The notes below the pieces were generated by a model. That model did not search any database and was not told the origin of the DNA. It saw nothing but the letters and a program-made list of their open reading frames with translations. From Octopus sinensis (taxonomy: Eukaryota), in assembly GCF_006345805.1 (NCBI RefSeq), contig NC_043008.1:58962001-59026000 (forward strand): a stretch of DNA of 64,000 nucleotides, given 5' to 3'. Position numbers and translations under genes: made by a program. Shown in pieces: positions 12,520 to 26,329 of this stretch; within the stretch, counting starts at the first letter, position 1, and every line of letters starts with the position of its first letter.

Positions 12520-12930
12520 TATATACACGACGATTAATCCAAGTGTAGACATTAGTTTTACTTAAATTTAATTAACATTTCTGTTCTTATTTCAGAAATA
12601 TAATACTCTAAACATCTAAGGTAGTATTGAAGCTAGATTATATTTGAAATTTATTATACTTGAAGCTAGTAATTAAGCTGAATGGAACGAGTAACGCAAT
12701 TGGAAGGGTTTCAGGAAAAAGAAAACTCCTGGTGAGATTTTCAAGATCTTGACAGACATTGTCAGCAGATCAGGGGTATATAAAGTAATAAAACGAATAA
12801 AAGAGACCGGTTCCTGCTTACCAAACTATTCCACTTTGATCGGTGAGAGCTCAAAAGCTGACCAAAAGCACCAAAGAAAAGTTCAGGTGTAACCCAATAT
12901 TAATAATTAGAAGACTCGCTACAGAAACTG
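12520..12930 (+). mobile_element. Tc1/mariner-superfamily transposase N-terminal fragment
   Basis: Frameshifted KTPGEIFKILTDIVSRSGVYKVIKRIKETGSCLP...RAQKLTKSTKEKFRCNP, typical HTH region. Confidence 0.6.
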
Positions 12931-12934
12931 GTAC

Positions 12935-12992
12935 TGTTTGTTGTTTATACACCTGTCTTCGTCTTTTGTTTTTCTGTAATTTTCAACTGTGT
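12935..12992 (+). mobile_element. Family-A PLE terminus fragment ending at a microsatellite
   Basis: Matches 6265-6320. Confidence 0.65.
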
Positions 12993-13003
12993 ATATACAT
13001 ACA

Positions 13004-13141
<138 letters not shown>

Positions 13142-13211
13142 ATGTATGTATGCATGTATGTATGTATGTATGTATGTATGTATGTATGTATGTATGTATG
13201 TATGTGTCTAT

Positions 13212-15935
13212 ACATTTGATTAAAAAAACGCAGAAAGAAGACAAGAACAAACAACACATGGACGTAGCACATGTAAAATATTAATAAGACGCTCAGAGAA
13301 GGAAAGAGTGGTTGCTTTACGTTCCGCGGATAGCTCGTCTTCGATAACAGGAAACATAGGAAAGTTCCAAAAGAAAAGGAAGACGGATGAAAAGTTGCCA
13401 ACAATCCACGTGTGGTTACATTTTTGAAATGATCGGAAGTAGATCGACAAAGAGAAAGTGCGTTCTAGGATAAGAAAGTGTGAAGAATGGTTGGTATCTG
13501 TGTGTACGTGTGCGTGAATGTGCGCGCGAGTGTGTTTGGTGTTGTATGTGTGCGTGATAGCATGTTTGTATGGTAGCGTGTGTATGTGGCAGTAACTGTG
13601 TGTGTGGTAGTACTGTGTGTATGTGGTAGCTTGCGTGAGTGTGGTGGTGGCATGTTTGTGAAAACGTGTGTGTATATGGTAGCCTCTGTCTGTGTGTGGC
13701 AGTGATTGCGCGTTTGTGCGTGTACATGGTAGCGTGTGTGTGTACATGGTAGTGTGTGTGTATGTGGTGGTAACTGTGTGTGTGTAAGTGGTATGTGTGG
13801 CATTAACTGTGTGGTGTTAAGTGTTTATATGTGTTTGTGTTGTGTGAGTGGTCAGCGTGTGTGTTAATATCGTAATAGGAGATCTGCAGCTATGGTGACA
13901 TGTGCGTGTAGGAGTGGTTGTGGCGTGTAGCAGTGGTGGTGTATGTGTGTTTTTGCACTTGTGCTTTGATGGGATGGTGAGGAGTATGTCAGGGGAAGTA
14001 TGAAGGGTGTCTGAGAGACAGTTTGAAGCAGTCTAAAGAGTGTGTGAATGGTTGTGTGTGTATGTGAGTTGACATATGTACGCAGATGGAATGGGGATGT
14101 TTGAATGTGTATGTGTGTGAGCATGTGTATAAGTGCATGTGTGTGCGCCTTACTCTCTGTATGACTTTGTCTCTGTCTTTGTATGTGTGTGTGTTCGTGT
14201 GTACGTGTGGGCATGTGTGTGTCTGTGCGTTTGAGTGAGTGGGAAAGTGTACGCACGTGTGTGTATGTATGTATGCGTTTACATGTATGTGTGTGTCGTT
14301 AGTGTATGTTGTGCGTATGGAGGGTTGTGTGTGTGGAGGTATATGTGATTTCATGGGTATGTGCGTGCGTGTATGTATATGTGTGCGTGTATGTACGTGT
14401 GTGTATGTGTGTGTACATGTATGTGTGTTGTGTGTGTGGAGGATTGTGTGTATAGAGGTTTGATTGCGTGGAGGTGTATGTACGTGCGCGTGTGAAGTCA
14501 TGTGCGCGTGCGTGTGTGTGGCTATGTGGATGGGTGAGAGTGGTTGTGTGGATGTGCCTGTGTGTGTGTACGTGTGTAAGAGGTAGTGTGGAGTGAGGTG
14601 GAGTGTGAGAATGATGTCTGAAGGTTGTATGAATAGGTGAGTGTGGCTGTGTGAATGGGTGAAGGTGGTTGTGTATGTCTGTATGTGAACCTGTGTGTGT
14701 GGACGGAGTGGGAATCTGTATTTGTGTGTGTGTGCAAGTGTATGTGTGTGCACGTGTATGTGTGTATGCCTATCTCTCTGTATCATACTGTCGCTCTGTG
14801 TGTGTGTGTGTATAAATGTGTGTATGTGTACCTGTGTGCGTGGACGGAGTGGGAATGTGTATGTGTGTGTGATGTGCGTGTGCAGTTGTATGAGTGTGTG
14901 TGTGTGTGTATTTCTTGATGTGTCGCTATGACACCTCTCACTCTCTGTATAAAAGTGTGTGTGTACTTATCTCTGTGTGACATTCACTTGCGTGTATGTG
15001 TGATAGTGTACGTACATGCGTGTTTATGTGTGTCACTCTATTGTGTGTGTGTATGTAAATGTATGTACTTGCGTGTGTGTGCGTGTATATGTATGTATAT
15101 GAATGTATGTGAGTGCGTAGTATGTGTGTTGTGTGCTGATGTGTGTTGTGTGCTGGTGTTATATGTGTGGACGGTTGTGTGAGGAGGTATGTGTGCGCTC
15201 GTGCGTGTGTGTGTGTGTATGTGTGTGTGCCTGTGCGGGCATGCATGTGTGCATGTGTGTGTGTACGTGTGTGTGCGTGTGTGTGTGTACGTGTGTGTGC
15301 GTGTGTGTGTGCGAGCGTGCGTGAGAAGGAGTGTGGGTGGTGTTATGTGGTGTGCGGTATAGAAATATGAGATATAAACAAAATATACAAATAATAAGTT
15401 GTACAAATAATACAAATAACTAGCAGGAATTGGTAAAATAAAACCATGAAAGCAAAAGATTACACGAATAAATCAGTGACAGAAATAAATAAATTTAAAA
15501 ATTAAAATCAAACATAGATAAAATATAAAAAAATAAAATAAAAGATAAAAAGTTGAAAATAGGAAAATAAAAATAAAAATTAAATAATATAAATAATGAA
15601 TAAAATAAAATGGATGAAAATAAACAAGTACAACATTAACAGAAATAAACAAATAACAAAAAAAAACGAATTCAAAATAACCAAATATAAAAATAAAGGA
15701 ATAAAGATAACAAGAAATTGATAAATAAAGGATAATAGTTAAAAATGAGAAAGAATAAGATAGGGTGAAATGCTGCTTTATAAGGGCAGTTGTAGGGACA
15801 GTGATTGAGAGGAATGGGCTGGGTTGAGGCCGGGAGGTGTTTGAATACGTAGAGTGAAAATGTAACGTTGTTCCAGGCGGAGTCTCTTGTTGGTGAATGC
15901 ACTGATTGAGGCAAGGCCGAAAACTGATATCTGAT
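13212..15935 (-). mobile_element. PLE 3' fragment: GIY-YIG C-terminus, long CA-rich UTR, pseudo-LTR with decayed hammerhead
   Basis: 15805-15935 minus encodes ISVFGLASISAFTNKRLRLEQRYIFTLRIQTPPGLNP (cf. R..EQ..IF.L.T..P.GLN); relic UCGAAGA CGAGC UAUC CGCG GAAC GUA at 13314-13347; ctgagcgt motif shared with other termini. Confidence 0.7.
13450..15360. repeat. About 1.9 kb degenerate (TG)n-rich simple sequence with cryptic internal duplications
   Basis: ggacggagtgggaat at 14701 and 14842; source of the His/Thr and Cys/Val-rich ORFs. Confidence 0.9.
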
Positions 15936-15936
15936 A

Positions 15937-16025
<89 letters not shown>

Positions 16026-16053
16026 CATACATATATATATATATATATGTATG

Positions 16054-16091
<38 letters not shown>

Positions 16092-16099
16092 TATATATA

Positions 16100-16295
16100 A
16101 AGTTAATCCAACATGGAAACACCAAGAGAAAACAGAACAACGCGAGGACGTGGTACAAATATACTATTATTGGACGCTCAGGAAGGAAGGGAAGAAGGAG
16201 GGTTTTACGTTTCGAGCGGAGCTCTTCGTCAGAAACATAGGAAAAGTAAAGATCGAGAGAAGGGAAGACGGAGGGAAAAAACGTCAACGGTACAC
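16100..16295 (-). mobile_element. Solo family-B PLE terminus between (TA)n tracts
   Basis: Homologous to 6366-6560 and 43308-43482. Confidence 0.75.
16202..16236 (-). ncRNA. Minimal type-I hammerhead ribozyme, canonical core
   Basis: Reverse complement GUUU CUGACGA A GAGC UCC GCUC GAAAC GUA AAAC: 4-bp stem I, 4-bp stem II, ACGU dimerising stem III; predicted cleavage between 16206 and 16205. Confidence 0.75.
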
Positions 16296-16493
16296 ACGCA
16301 TATATATATGTACATATGTATATATATATATATATATAATTTAGAGGACTGACCACAAAAAGTAGACAGCCTATATGCTAGATATAGACGTCAAAATCGC
16401 CCTTTTCCACGAAGAATGTGTTCTCTAGAAAAATTGAGCAAAACACCAAAGCGTAAAAATAAGCAAGACAAATGAAATAAATATATATATATA

Positions 16494-17512
16494 TTCTATT
16501 AGTTTCAGCTAAAGGTGTGGTCATGCTGGGGCACCATCGATTTGCTACACTGTTATTATTGAGAGCCTCCTCTAATAAGCAGCATTTGGTGAATACAGGA
16601 GTTTGATGTCGCTACCCTCATTTACATCTCCTGCTGCCAGGTAGGTTCATCTGGTGCTCTCGACAAGAAGAGATCCGGTTTTGATTTGAAAACACCTACA
16701 TAACTTTGTGTAGGTTCATCCGGCTCTTTGGGAGAATATTAAAAAGCTGTGGGACACTGAAACCTAGGCTGTTCAGTAACTGGTCCTGAAGCACGATTGA
16801 ATTGCTGAGATCTTTGGCACTGTGCATTGTCGACCGTCATGGCATCTGTGTAGCTTTCATTGCCCAAATTTGGCACAATCCCTTCCAGGATCTTCCAGAT
16901 GTATATTATTGCATATCTCTCCCGCCTTCGCTCCAGCGAGTAGAGTCTTAGCTCTTTCAGCCTTTCCCAGTAACTGAGCTGTTGCAATGAAACGGCCTTC
17001 TTTGTGAAGCTTCACTGCATTACTTCATAGACCGTTATTAATTTTACACTGAAGGGTGACCATAGCTGGAAGCAATAATCCAGGCAGCTAATGACGAATG
17101 TCCACCAGAAGACCACCATAGTTTTCTTCTCTCTGGCTCTTAACGTTCTCAGGATCCAGCCAGCCAGCCGTCTGCACTTTGCTGCCATTCTGGTAATGTG
17201 AACTTGGAAAGAGGTATCATTACTCCTAATGATTCCCAGGTCCCGCACTGATTTAGCCTATGGGATTTTAATCCTCTGTGGGACAGTTTACCCTGTAAGT
17301 TTTATACTCAGTTTTATGTGCTGGTAGTGAAGGGCTTGGAATTTTTCAGCATTAAACTGCATTTTATTGTCCTCGGCCCATCTGTAAATTGAATCCAACT
17401 GCTGCTGCAGGAGTGCAACATCGCTGGGGCGAGACTTTCGAATCGTCTGAGTATCTAGCAAGGGTGGCTATCCGGGCAGCTGAGGGTATATCTGAGAGGG
17501 CCACTATAAACG
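16494..17512 (-). mobile_element. CR1/L2-group LINE, 3' fragment copy 1
   Basis: FIVALSDIPSAARIATLARYSDDSK (YADD box); DLGIIRSNDTSF..HIT; LSYWERLKELRLYSLERRRERYAIIYIWKILEG; frameshifted. Confidence 0.9.
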
Positions 17513-18285
17513 TTCCGGTTTTAATCGTGCGCAAAGAGTAAATATGTCTTGTTTTTTATGTGTTTGTTTTTTGTTTTGTTTTGCTTTTTTTGCTATCACA
17601 TATTTCGAATGAATATTTTTTAGATTGAATATTGACCGGTAACGCGAAATGTGTTCTCTATAAAAATGTAACGCGATGAAGACAGAGGGTAAAGAAAGGA
17701 GAAACACAGACACCCTAGGCTAAAGAAGGTCTTCCCCCATGTAAGGTGTTATTATCAGTTTGTGAGATATGTAAGGTTTATTCTTCTTTGAACTTATAAA
17801 CCCAAACCAAACAATCACAAAGAAGAACAACTGGGGGCAGCTTCAGTAGCTTAAGTCAACGCTAGCTAGAAGAGCGGCCATCTTTGGTTTCAAGACGAAA
17901 AGTGTTCTTCCATCAGGATAATGCCCGACCACATACAGTGAGGATGACATTACAAAGGATGGTAGGTGCGAAACGATAACCCACCCACCATATTTGCCGG
18001 ACATTGTTCCCTCTGATTATCATTTTTTCCACAGTCTTCAAAATCTTTTGGACGGAAAAATATATGTATTCTGTAGATGAGGTCAGAAGAGTACTGAAGG
18101 AGTATTTTTCGTCACAGACAAATGAATTTTGGAAGTCAGGCCTTGTGAGTCTGCCAGATAGATGGAAGAGCACCGCAGAAAATGAAGGAGAGTGTATTTT
18201 ATATTTAAAAAAAGAGATTTGTTTACCATTATTTTGAGAAATATAAGAAATATAAAAACGGCATTGTTTATGGGATGACCTGACA
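17513..18285 (+). mobile_element. Decayed mariner (DD34D-type) 3' portion with TIR
   Basis: FLD*ILTGNAKCVLYKN; AKEGLPPCKVL; FFHQDNARPHT; HPPYLPDIVPSDY; FWKSGLVSLPDRW; ends gtttatgggatgacctga. Confidence 0.9.
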
Positions 18286-19031
18286 TGTATGTATGTATGT
18301 ATGTATGTATGTATGTATGTATGTGTATGTATGTATGTATGTATGTATGAATGTATGTATGTATATTTGAATGTATGTATGTATATATGATGTATGTATG
18401 TGTGTATGCATGTATATATGAATGAATGTATGTATGTATGTATGTATATATGTATGTATACGGTACAATATATTCCCCATGCATCACTGGCTTACTCTTA
18501 TATATATAAATTGCTAATTTCTTGAATATATATTCCAAACCGTATTTATTCCTTTATGTAGAATTACTGTTGTATCCATAAATAAAAAATTCCAAAACTT
18601 TGGTTCTTCTCTGTTTTTATTCTGAAATTTATATCATCCTGGAATTCAACTTTGGATTTAAATTTGAAATAAAAACTAAATGTTTCTAAGAATATATCAG
18701 AATTAATCAAATCCCAAGAATGTTATAGTGCACCCGTGATTCGAATACATACACACACACACACACACAAATGCACGCACGCAGGCACACGCACGCACAC
18801 GCATGCAGGCACACGCACGCAATCACACGCACACACAGGCATATATACATACATACATACTTACATACACATGTATTTATACACTCCGACACACATAGAC
18901 ATATACATAAAGATATGCTTGAGCAACTACGGAGAATTTCGGTTAAGATCCTTGTCTCCAAATCCCTGGAAATATGTGTGCGCCGTTGTGCGGAAAAATC
19001 TACAGTTATAGCTCTTTTATGTGCATGTATG

Positions 19032-19111
<80 letters not shown>

Positions 19112-19558
19112 TATATATATATATACATATATATATATACACACATATATATATAAATAAATATATATATATATATATACATATAAATATATATATATGC
19201 ATAGATACCTGCATTTATATATTTGTGAGTGTGTATGAATACACATATTTATACATACATAATAGTTATACACACATAATGTACATGTACGTGTGAGTGT
19301 GTGTGTGTGTATGCGTGCGTGCATGCTTACATACCTACTTGAATATCTGATGAGCTCTATGTAGAAAGAGACCGAGTAAGTTTGAAAACCGTTGTGTCCT
19401 CACCTGTGTCGCACTCAACGGATTGGATTTAAAGTTATTCACAGGTGAATACACCCACAAAACTACACGTTGTAAACTTTACATTTCACTACCTGATATT
19501 GATCTACAGCTCTCTCAGTTTCGTTTCTCAGTGCATAAGAACGTACGTGCCGACGGTA

Positions 19559-19603
<45 letters not shown>

Positions 19604-20109
19604 GTATATATATATGTATGTATGTATATATTATATATATATATATATATAATATATATATTATATATATATATTATATATATATATATATATATCATAG
19701 AAATTATTTTCCAAGATAAATCGAAGTTCTCTATCTGGTTCTCTTTTGGTTTGTATTCTTTTCCTCAAGATACATGGCATATGTTTGTTGATATATTAAT
19801 TTACTTATATTCAGCTTATGCTGTGCAGTATGCTCCACAGATTTAGACAGGATATTATCAGATTGTTTTTTTCCTTTCTTTTGGGGAATATACTTCCTTT
19901 TACAAGTCAACAGTCTTTAGAAGTGTATTTCCTTCTCTAAGCATTCATGGATATGCATATGTTTGTGCGCGTGTATATACATATATATTATATATATATA
20001 ACCAAGAAAAAAGCAACAAGAATGGATTAGTAGTTTAGTACAATTGTTTCATACCAAGAACAATTCATTTGAATTCATTGGAATTCACTTGAATCTTAAT
20101 TGTTTTTGC

Positions 20110-20157
<48 letters not shown>

Positions 20158-20161
20158 ATAG

Positions 20162-21490
20162 CTCTTCAAGTGGTTTCAGCCCGAAAGTTGCGGTCCTGCA
20201 CCACTATCCGCTGTAATACACCGTCATTATTCAAAACATCTGATATGTGGCATTTGGTGAATGAGGGACTTTGTTGCTGCTGTCAACATCTGCATTTCCT
20301 GCCTTGGGGTAGGCTCATCCAGAACCCTTGACAGTAGTAGATCCAGTTTTGTCTTGAAGATACCGATATCCACACGATCAAGTGCTCTGAAGCATTTTGG
20401 CAGGATAATGAAGAGCTGTGGGATTTTGAAGCCCAAGCTATTGCAGTATCTGGCCCTGTATTTTCATAGCAATGTTCGGATTCTTGGCACTATGCAGCAA
20501 CACTCCGTGCTGCTGTTTTTGTAACTTTCAATGCCAAAGTTTGGTACAAGGCCTTCCAGCATCTTCCAGATGTATACCACTGCATAAATTTTTCGCCATC
20601 GTTCTAGGGAGTAGACTTACGTCTTTCAACCTTGCCCTGTAACTGGTTGCTTGAATTGAGACAATTTATTTGGTGTACGTCCACTGGATTGCTTCGAGCT
20701 CCGTCGTTAATTTTATATTGTGTGGTGACCAAATATGGGAGCAGTAGTCGAAGGAGATGAGGATATATGTCCTGTAAAGGACTATCATAGTTTTCTTTTC
20801 TCGCGTTCTGAAAGTTCGGACGATCTATACATTAGCCGTTTTCATTCTAGTGCCAAATGTCAATGCCTAGGTCACGCACTGATTTTGATTCAGGGACTAC
20901 TTTCCTCCCGGGAGTGTGTACCTTCTCTACACTTCTTTCAGCTTTCTCTTTAGGGATTGGAATTTTCCAGCATTAAACTGCATGTTATTGTTCTCAGCCC
21001 ATCTGAATACTGCGACCAAATCCAGATGTAGATGCGCATGATTTTCATGTTTCTTTATCGTCTGAGAGACATTTGTGCCAACTGCATTGCTAGAAAGGGT
21101 GGCTATCTAAGAAGCTGAGCATGTCTTTGACGGCCACTAAGACCGTACCCTGTATGACACCACTTACTATATGAGTTCCCCTTTGATGTGGCTCCAATGG
21201 CCACCACGGCCTGACTTATTGATTTTAGAAAGTCGTGTACAAACTCTCCAAGTTTTCCGACACTGCCAAGATGACACAGTTTGTTATATATACAATGAAC
21301 AATTTTATCGAAAGCTTTTGCAAAGTCGACATATATTACGTCTACGTTTGAGTTGTTGAGCAGCTGTTTTAACACTCAGTCGTAGTGCTATGAGAGCTGT
21401 GTCAGGTAGCTTCTACCTGGTCGAAATTCATGTTGGATGTCAGTCACCAAGTAATTTTCTTCAAGAAATGCAATTAACTTCTTGAAGACT
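20162..21490 (-). mobile_element. CR1/L2-group LINE copy 2, RT to 3' end
   Basis: QHEFRPGRSYLTQL; NVDVIYVDFAKAFDK; GFKIPQLFIILPKCFRALDRVDIGIFKTKLDLLLSRVLDEP. Confidence 0.9.
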
Positions 21491-21500
21491 ATTTGTTCTA

Positions 21501-22029
21501 CAAAAACATCGAGTATAATCCGCCCTTGAGTATAATATGCAGGGGATTTTTAGGGGGCTGTACCTCTGAAACACCTAAACCTTGTATATAATATGCACCC
21601 CTTCTCTAAGTCATGGAAGTCTATATAATGTCCTTGGTTTGTAAACATGTATACGGTAACATCCTTTATTATTATTGTATATATAAATACACAGACACAC
21701 GCACACTCATACATAATGCAAACGTGTAGCTTTTTTGTGCAATTTGTTTGCAGAAAATAAAGAAATAACAGTAATAACGTTTAATAAATGTTGCTTACTG
21801 CAAGTTATGGATGATTCTTTTATGACTTCATTGCTTTCAGGCTTAGCTTAAGGTATTTTCGTGCACGACATCACAAAATGCATCTGAATAAACATTGCCG
21901 GACAGCAAATAGATACTCGGACATTGCTTAGAAAATATCTTTCATTTTTAACCTCGTATATATTACGCTCTAGGGATATTGACCATTAAATTTGGGGGAA
22001 AAATACGGATTATACTCGAGGATTTGTGG
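21501..22029. mobile_element. Non-autonomous DNA transposon (pogo/Tc2-like TIRs) inserted in LINE copy 2
   Basis: Left ...tcgagtataatccgc; right acggattatactcgaggatttgtgg; flanked by tatttgttcta at 21490-21500 and 22030-22040. Confidence 0.7.
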
Positions 22030-22040
22030 TATTTGTTCTA

Positions 22041-22700
22041 TCCTCCTAGTGTTTCCGGTGAGGGAGCCAATCTGTTAGAGGGGAAGTCCTATATTGTGGC
22101 GTAATGAGGTCGTTTCTTTAACAATGTTAAAGAACGCTTTAGGATTCAATTTTAAATTTTCTATAACGCAGGCCTCAACTGCTCTCTCATTTTCGTGGGA
22201 TTTAATGCAATCTCCGACAGCGATATTTTCATGTAGGCCTGGAGATACGTTTCCAAAAGTGATGTGTATAGGGCTTGATTGCAAGCAGCAAAGTCTCTCA
22301 AGAAAGAGATTTTATTTTGCAGTTGAGGTACAACAAATCTCCAATGTTCAACAGAGATATTTGTGTGACACCTGCGTGGTGACCTTGTGTGGTGGTGGAG
22401 GTTCTTTTCACGTTTTTTCTTGTTGCCAGGACAACTGCTGCACAAACTTTCGTATCAGGCACAAAAGCGATTTTTGTTCAGTTGCTGCCCTTTTTACATA
22501 TGCGGGAGGCTGGCTGTTTTTTTAAGGCACGCACTACATCTACAAATCGTCTTTCGGAGTTGACTCTGTGCAATGTTTTCTTCTTTGGTGCCTTCTTTTT
22601 GTTCTGTTCCTCGAAGGGGAGTGTTGTTTTAGGTACATGCAGTTATGTTAGGGAGCAAAGTAGCAGTTTTCACCATCACCACTGTGCCAGCAGTTACCCT
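22041..22700 (-). mobile_element. Upstream ORF2 (post-endonuclease linker) segment of LINE copy 2
   Basis: LHENIAVGDCIKSHENERAVEACVIENLKLNPKAFFNIVKETTSLRHNIGLPL; joined to RT by a deletion. Confidence 0.75.
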
Positions 22701-22864
22701 GCTGGAAAAATCTATGTTTGTGCTGTTTTTTATACTTTCATAGCTTCTCTGTCTTTTGTTATGGGTCTCCTATTTTGTTAGAGATTTTTGTTTATATTCC
22801 TTGTCCTTTTCTTTACTCCTCGCTCCGTGTGGTTCTATACATATACAAACCTACATATATATTT

Positions 22865-22926
<62 letters not shown>

Positions 22927-23287
22927 ATGTTGTATGTATGTATGTATATATATATGTATATGTACAAAATATGTACAAATATACCTTTGCATAAGATTTA
23001 TTTATTTTCATAACTGCACACGCACACACCGACACACAGACGTACACGCACTTATAATTTATATAAGTATATATGCATACATATAGACATCTACATTTAT
23101 CCATCTATCTGTCTGTTTGTCTGTCTATCTATCTATCTATCTTTCTTTATATGTATCTAACTATATATTCATATATATATATATATATATTTATATATGA
23201 CGCATATATAAAATGTGAGAGTGTCTGTGTGTGTATGTTTGCGTATATATGCTTACATGTAAATATTAATACACAGACACACGCACA

Positions 23288-23334
<47 letters not shown>

Positions 23335-24207
23335 TATATAACTTATATAGATCCAATATAGGTAAACCAACAAACATACGTAGATATGTAGGCACACACA
23401 CACACATACGCGCAAGCATATATACATATATATGTATATATTTATAAGAGTTTATAAATGTCTGCAACTCTGTGTAAGTGTGTGTATAGCAATAATTTAA
23501 TCATATGCAGATGCATATATATATGCATGTATGTGTGTGTTACTATATAATATATTATATATTATATGCATTGTATGTATGTATTTTAGTGGTTTACTCT
23601 CCATCACATTAGATGAAAATTTCGATAATGTATTTTGGCTTATAATAGTTAAATTTAATAATCTAAGAAAAGGAAGAGATAAATATTTGTATTTAATTTA
23701 TTTTATAACAAGCACCATAGAAGACTCAAAAACCTGCATTCTAATCCCTTGCAAATACATCATTCAAATCATTTAGCTTAAATCCAATGTTAAGAATTTA
23801 AGTTGTATGGGGTAGAATCTCTTCAGGGTTTTAATGATAACGAAGATTACATCTTTCTTGTAGAAATTCAAATTCATACTTCATATATTGTTAAATTTAT
23901 ATTATCAAATTTAATTTCTTATATTATTATTAAATTAATATAATATATATATAATATATATATATATTATATATATATATATATATATAATATATATATA
24001 TAAGGATAAGATCGTTAATTTAAATTGAATAACGATGTTATCAAGTGGCCAGCATGGAAATAAAAACACCTTATAAGGAAATAATTATTATTAAAATTAT
24101 AAGTTAGGTATCTACGAGATACCGCCATGTTGAAAACAGCAGCCAGGATTTGACTCTAAAACCACCTTAAGTGTTCATATAGCACACATGTATATATATA
24201 TATATTA

Positions 24208-24259
<52 letters not shown>

Positions 24260-25241
24260 GTGTGCGTGTGTGTGGAGGGGTGTAATTGTGTGTGCGTGTG
24301 TGTGTGTGTATGTGTGTGTGCGTGTGTGTGGAGGGGTGTAATTGTGTGTGCGTGCGTAAGTGTGCTTGCATATACATACATGAATACGTACCCACATAAA
24401 TTTTAACACACGCCTAAACGCACAAGTGTATACACAAAGGGATTTCGTACATTCTATCTCCACCAAAATGTTTTTGATACCCATAGATCATAGTAGTAAA
24501 CATATGTCAACAGTAAACCACAATGGTAGGAATCCCGTAGACATGTGACTGATCTGCAATAGACTAAGCGAAGCAGCTATAATTTTCATTAACAAAGATC
24601 ATATAATAAAACTACAATATAGCATAGAAATACACATGAAATACAGCAGAGTCTGTGTAGTGTACATATATATTAGACAATGTCCGACATATATATGTAA
24701 GTACGACGGCACTAACTGAAGAACAGTCGATTACTGGCTCGTCTCAAAGTTTCCCTTCAACAACCAAACAAAAAAAATTGTAATCAATTGCTGACTTAAT
24801 AGCATATAAATTTCCATTATTCATATTTTGCTTTCGGGGAAAAGGAAACAGTTACTGGTAATTGCATATTTTTGTGCGCTATCTGTTCCTTACAAAGTAC
24901 AATCAAAATAATATTAACTTCCTAGAAATGAAATTAAACTGAAACACATGACCATACACACAGACACACACACACTTCACTTCACACAAGGACACATATG
25001 GAGACACACATCTACGCATATGGAGATATACATCCATTCATACAAAGAGTATACAGTCACAAAATCCACTACCCACACGCACATATAAGATTGTATATAC
25101 TTGAAAAAGAAACAGGATTATAAGCACCAGCTTTGTTTAATATTGCCTACTTCACCTGACAACATAGGGAAGGTGGGGTGGAATGTGTACACACATATAC
25201 ATACATATATATATAATATATATATATATATATTATATATA

Positions 25242-25310
<69 letters not shown>

Positions 25311-25364
25311 TATATACATATATATATATGTGTGTGTATGTTCCAGTTCCAGTTCAAAGATATT

Positions 25365-26250
25365 TTTTTTGCTAGGGCACTGCCGTTTTGCTACACTGTT
25401 ATTATTGAGAGCCTCTTCTAATATGCGGCATTTGGTGGATAATGAGGGTTTGATGTCTCCTGCTGCGAGGTAGGTTCATCTGGGACTCTCCACAGGAAGA
25501 GGTCCAGTTTTGATTAGGAAACACCTACTTCCACTTTGTGTAGGTCAATCTTACTCTTTGGGAGAATATCAAAAAGCTTTGGGTCCCTGGCTGTTGCAGT
25601 AACTGGTCCTGAATCGCGCGGCATTGCTGGGGTCTTTGGCACTGTGCAGTGTCAACCCGTCCTGGCATTTGTGTGGTTTTCAATACCACAATTTCGCACA
25701 ATTCGTTCCAGGATCTAGATGTATACTACTATATACCTCTTCCGCCTTCGCTCCAGAGAGTAGAGACTTAGCTTTTTCAGCCTTTCGCAGTGGCTGAGCT
25801 GTTGCTATGAGACAGTCGATCTTCTTTGTGAAGCTTCGCCGAATTGCTTCAAGGTCCGTTGTTAATTTTACACTGAGGGGGTGATCATAGCTAGGAGAAG
25901 TAGTTCAGGCGGCTGAGATCGAATGTCCTCCAGAGCACCATCATGGTTTCCTTCTCTCTGGTTCTGAACATTCTCAGGATCCAGCCAGCCAGTCGTCTGC
26001 ACTTTGTCGCCATCCTGGTAATGTGCCTTGGAAAGAGGTGTCATCACTCATGTCGATACCCAGGTCCTGCACTGATTTAGCCTCTGGGATTGTAATCCCC
26101 TCGGGAACAATGTATCCTGTAAGATTCAGTTTTGGAAGCTGGTAGCGCAGGGCTTGGAATTTTTCAGCTTTAAACTGCATATTATTGTCCTCAGCACATC
26201 TGTAAATTGAATCCAACTGCTGCTGCAGGTGTGCAACGTCCATGAGCAAA
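25365..26250 (-). mobile_element. CR1/L2-group LINE copy 3, 3' fragment
   Basis: LQQQLDSIYRCAEDNNMQFKAEKFQALRY...VQDLGIDMSDDTSF; high nucleotide similarity to copy 1. Confidence 0.9.
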
Positions 26251-26329
26251 TTCCAGTAAAAGTTTGCATCTGTAAAAATACGTTGCAAGTATTTTAATTG
26301 TTAATTTTAAATTGTAATCATTATTTAAA

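Noticed and set aside
19347-19380. CUGAUGA followed by a CUCU/AGAG stem
   Set aside because: No GAAAC, stem III or stem I partner follows
19440-19560. Possible internal exon after ttattcacag
   Set aside because: Weak donor, unrecognised peptide, no partner exons; needs RNA-seq
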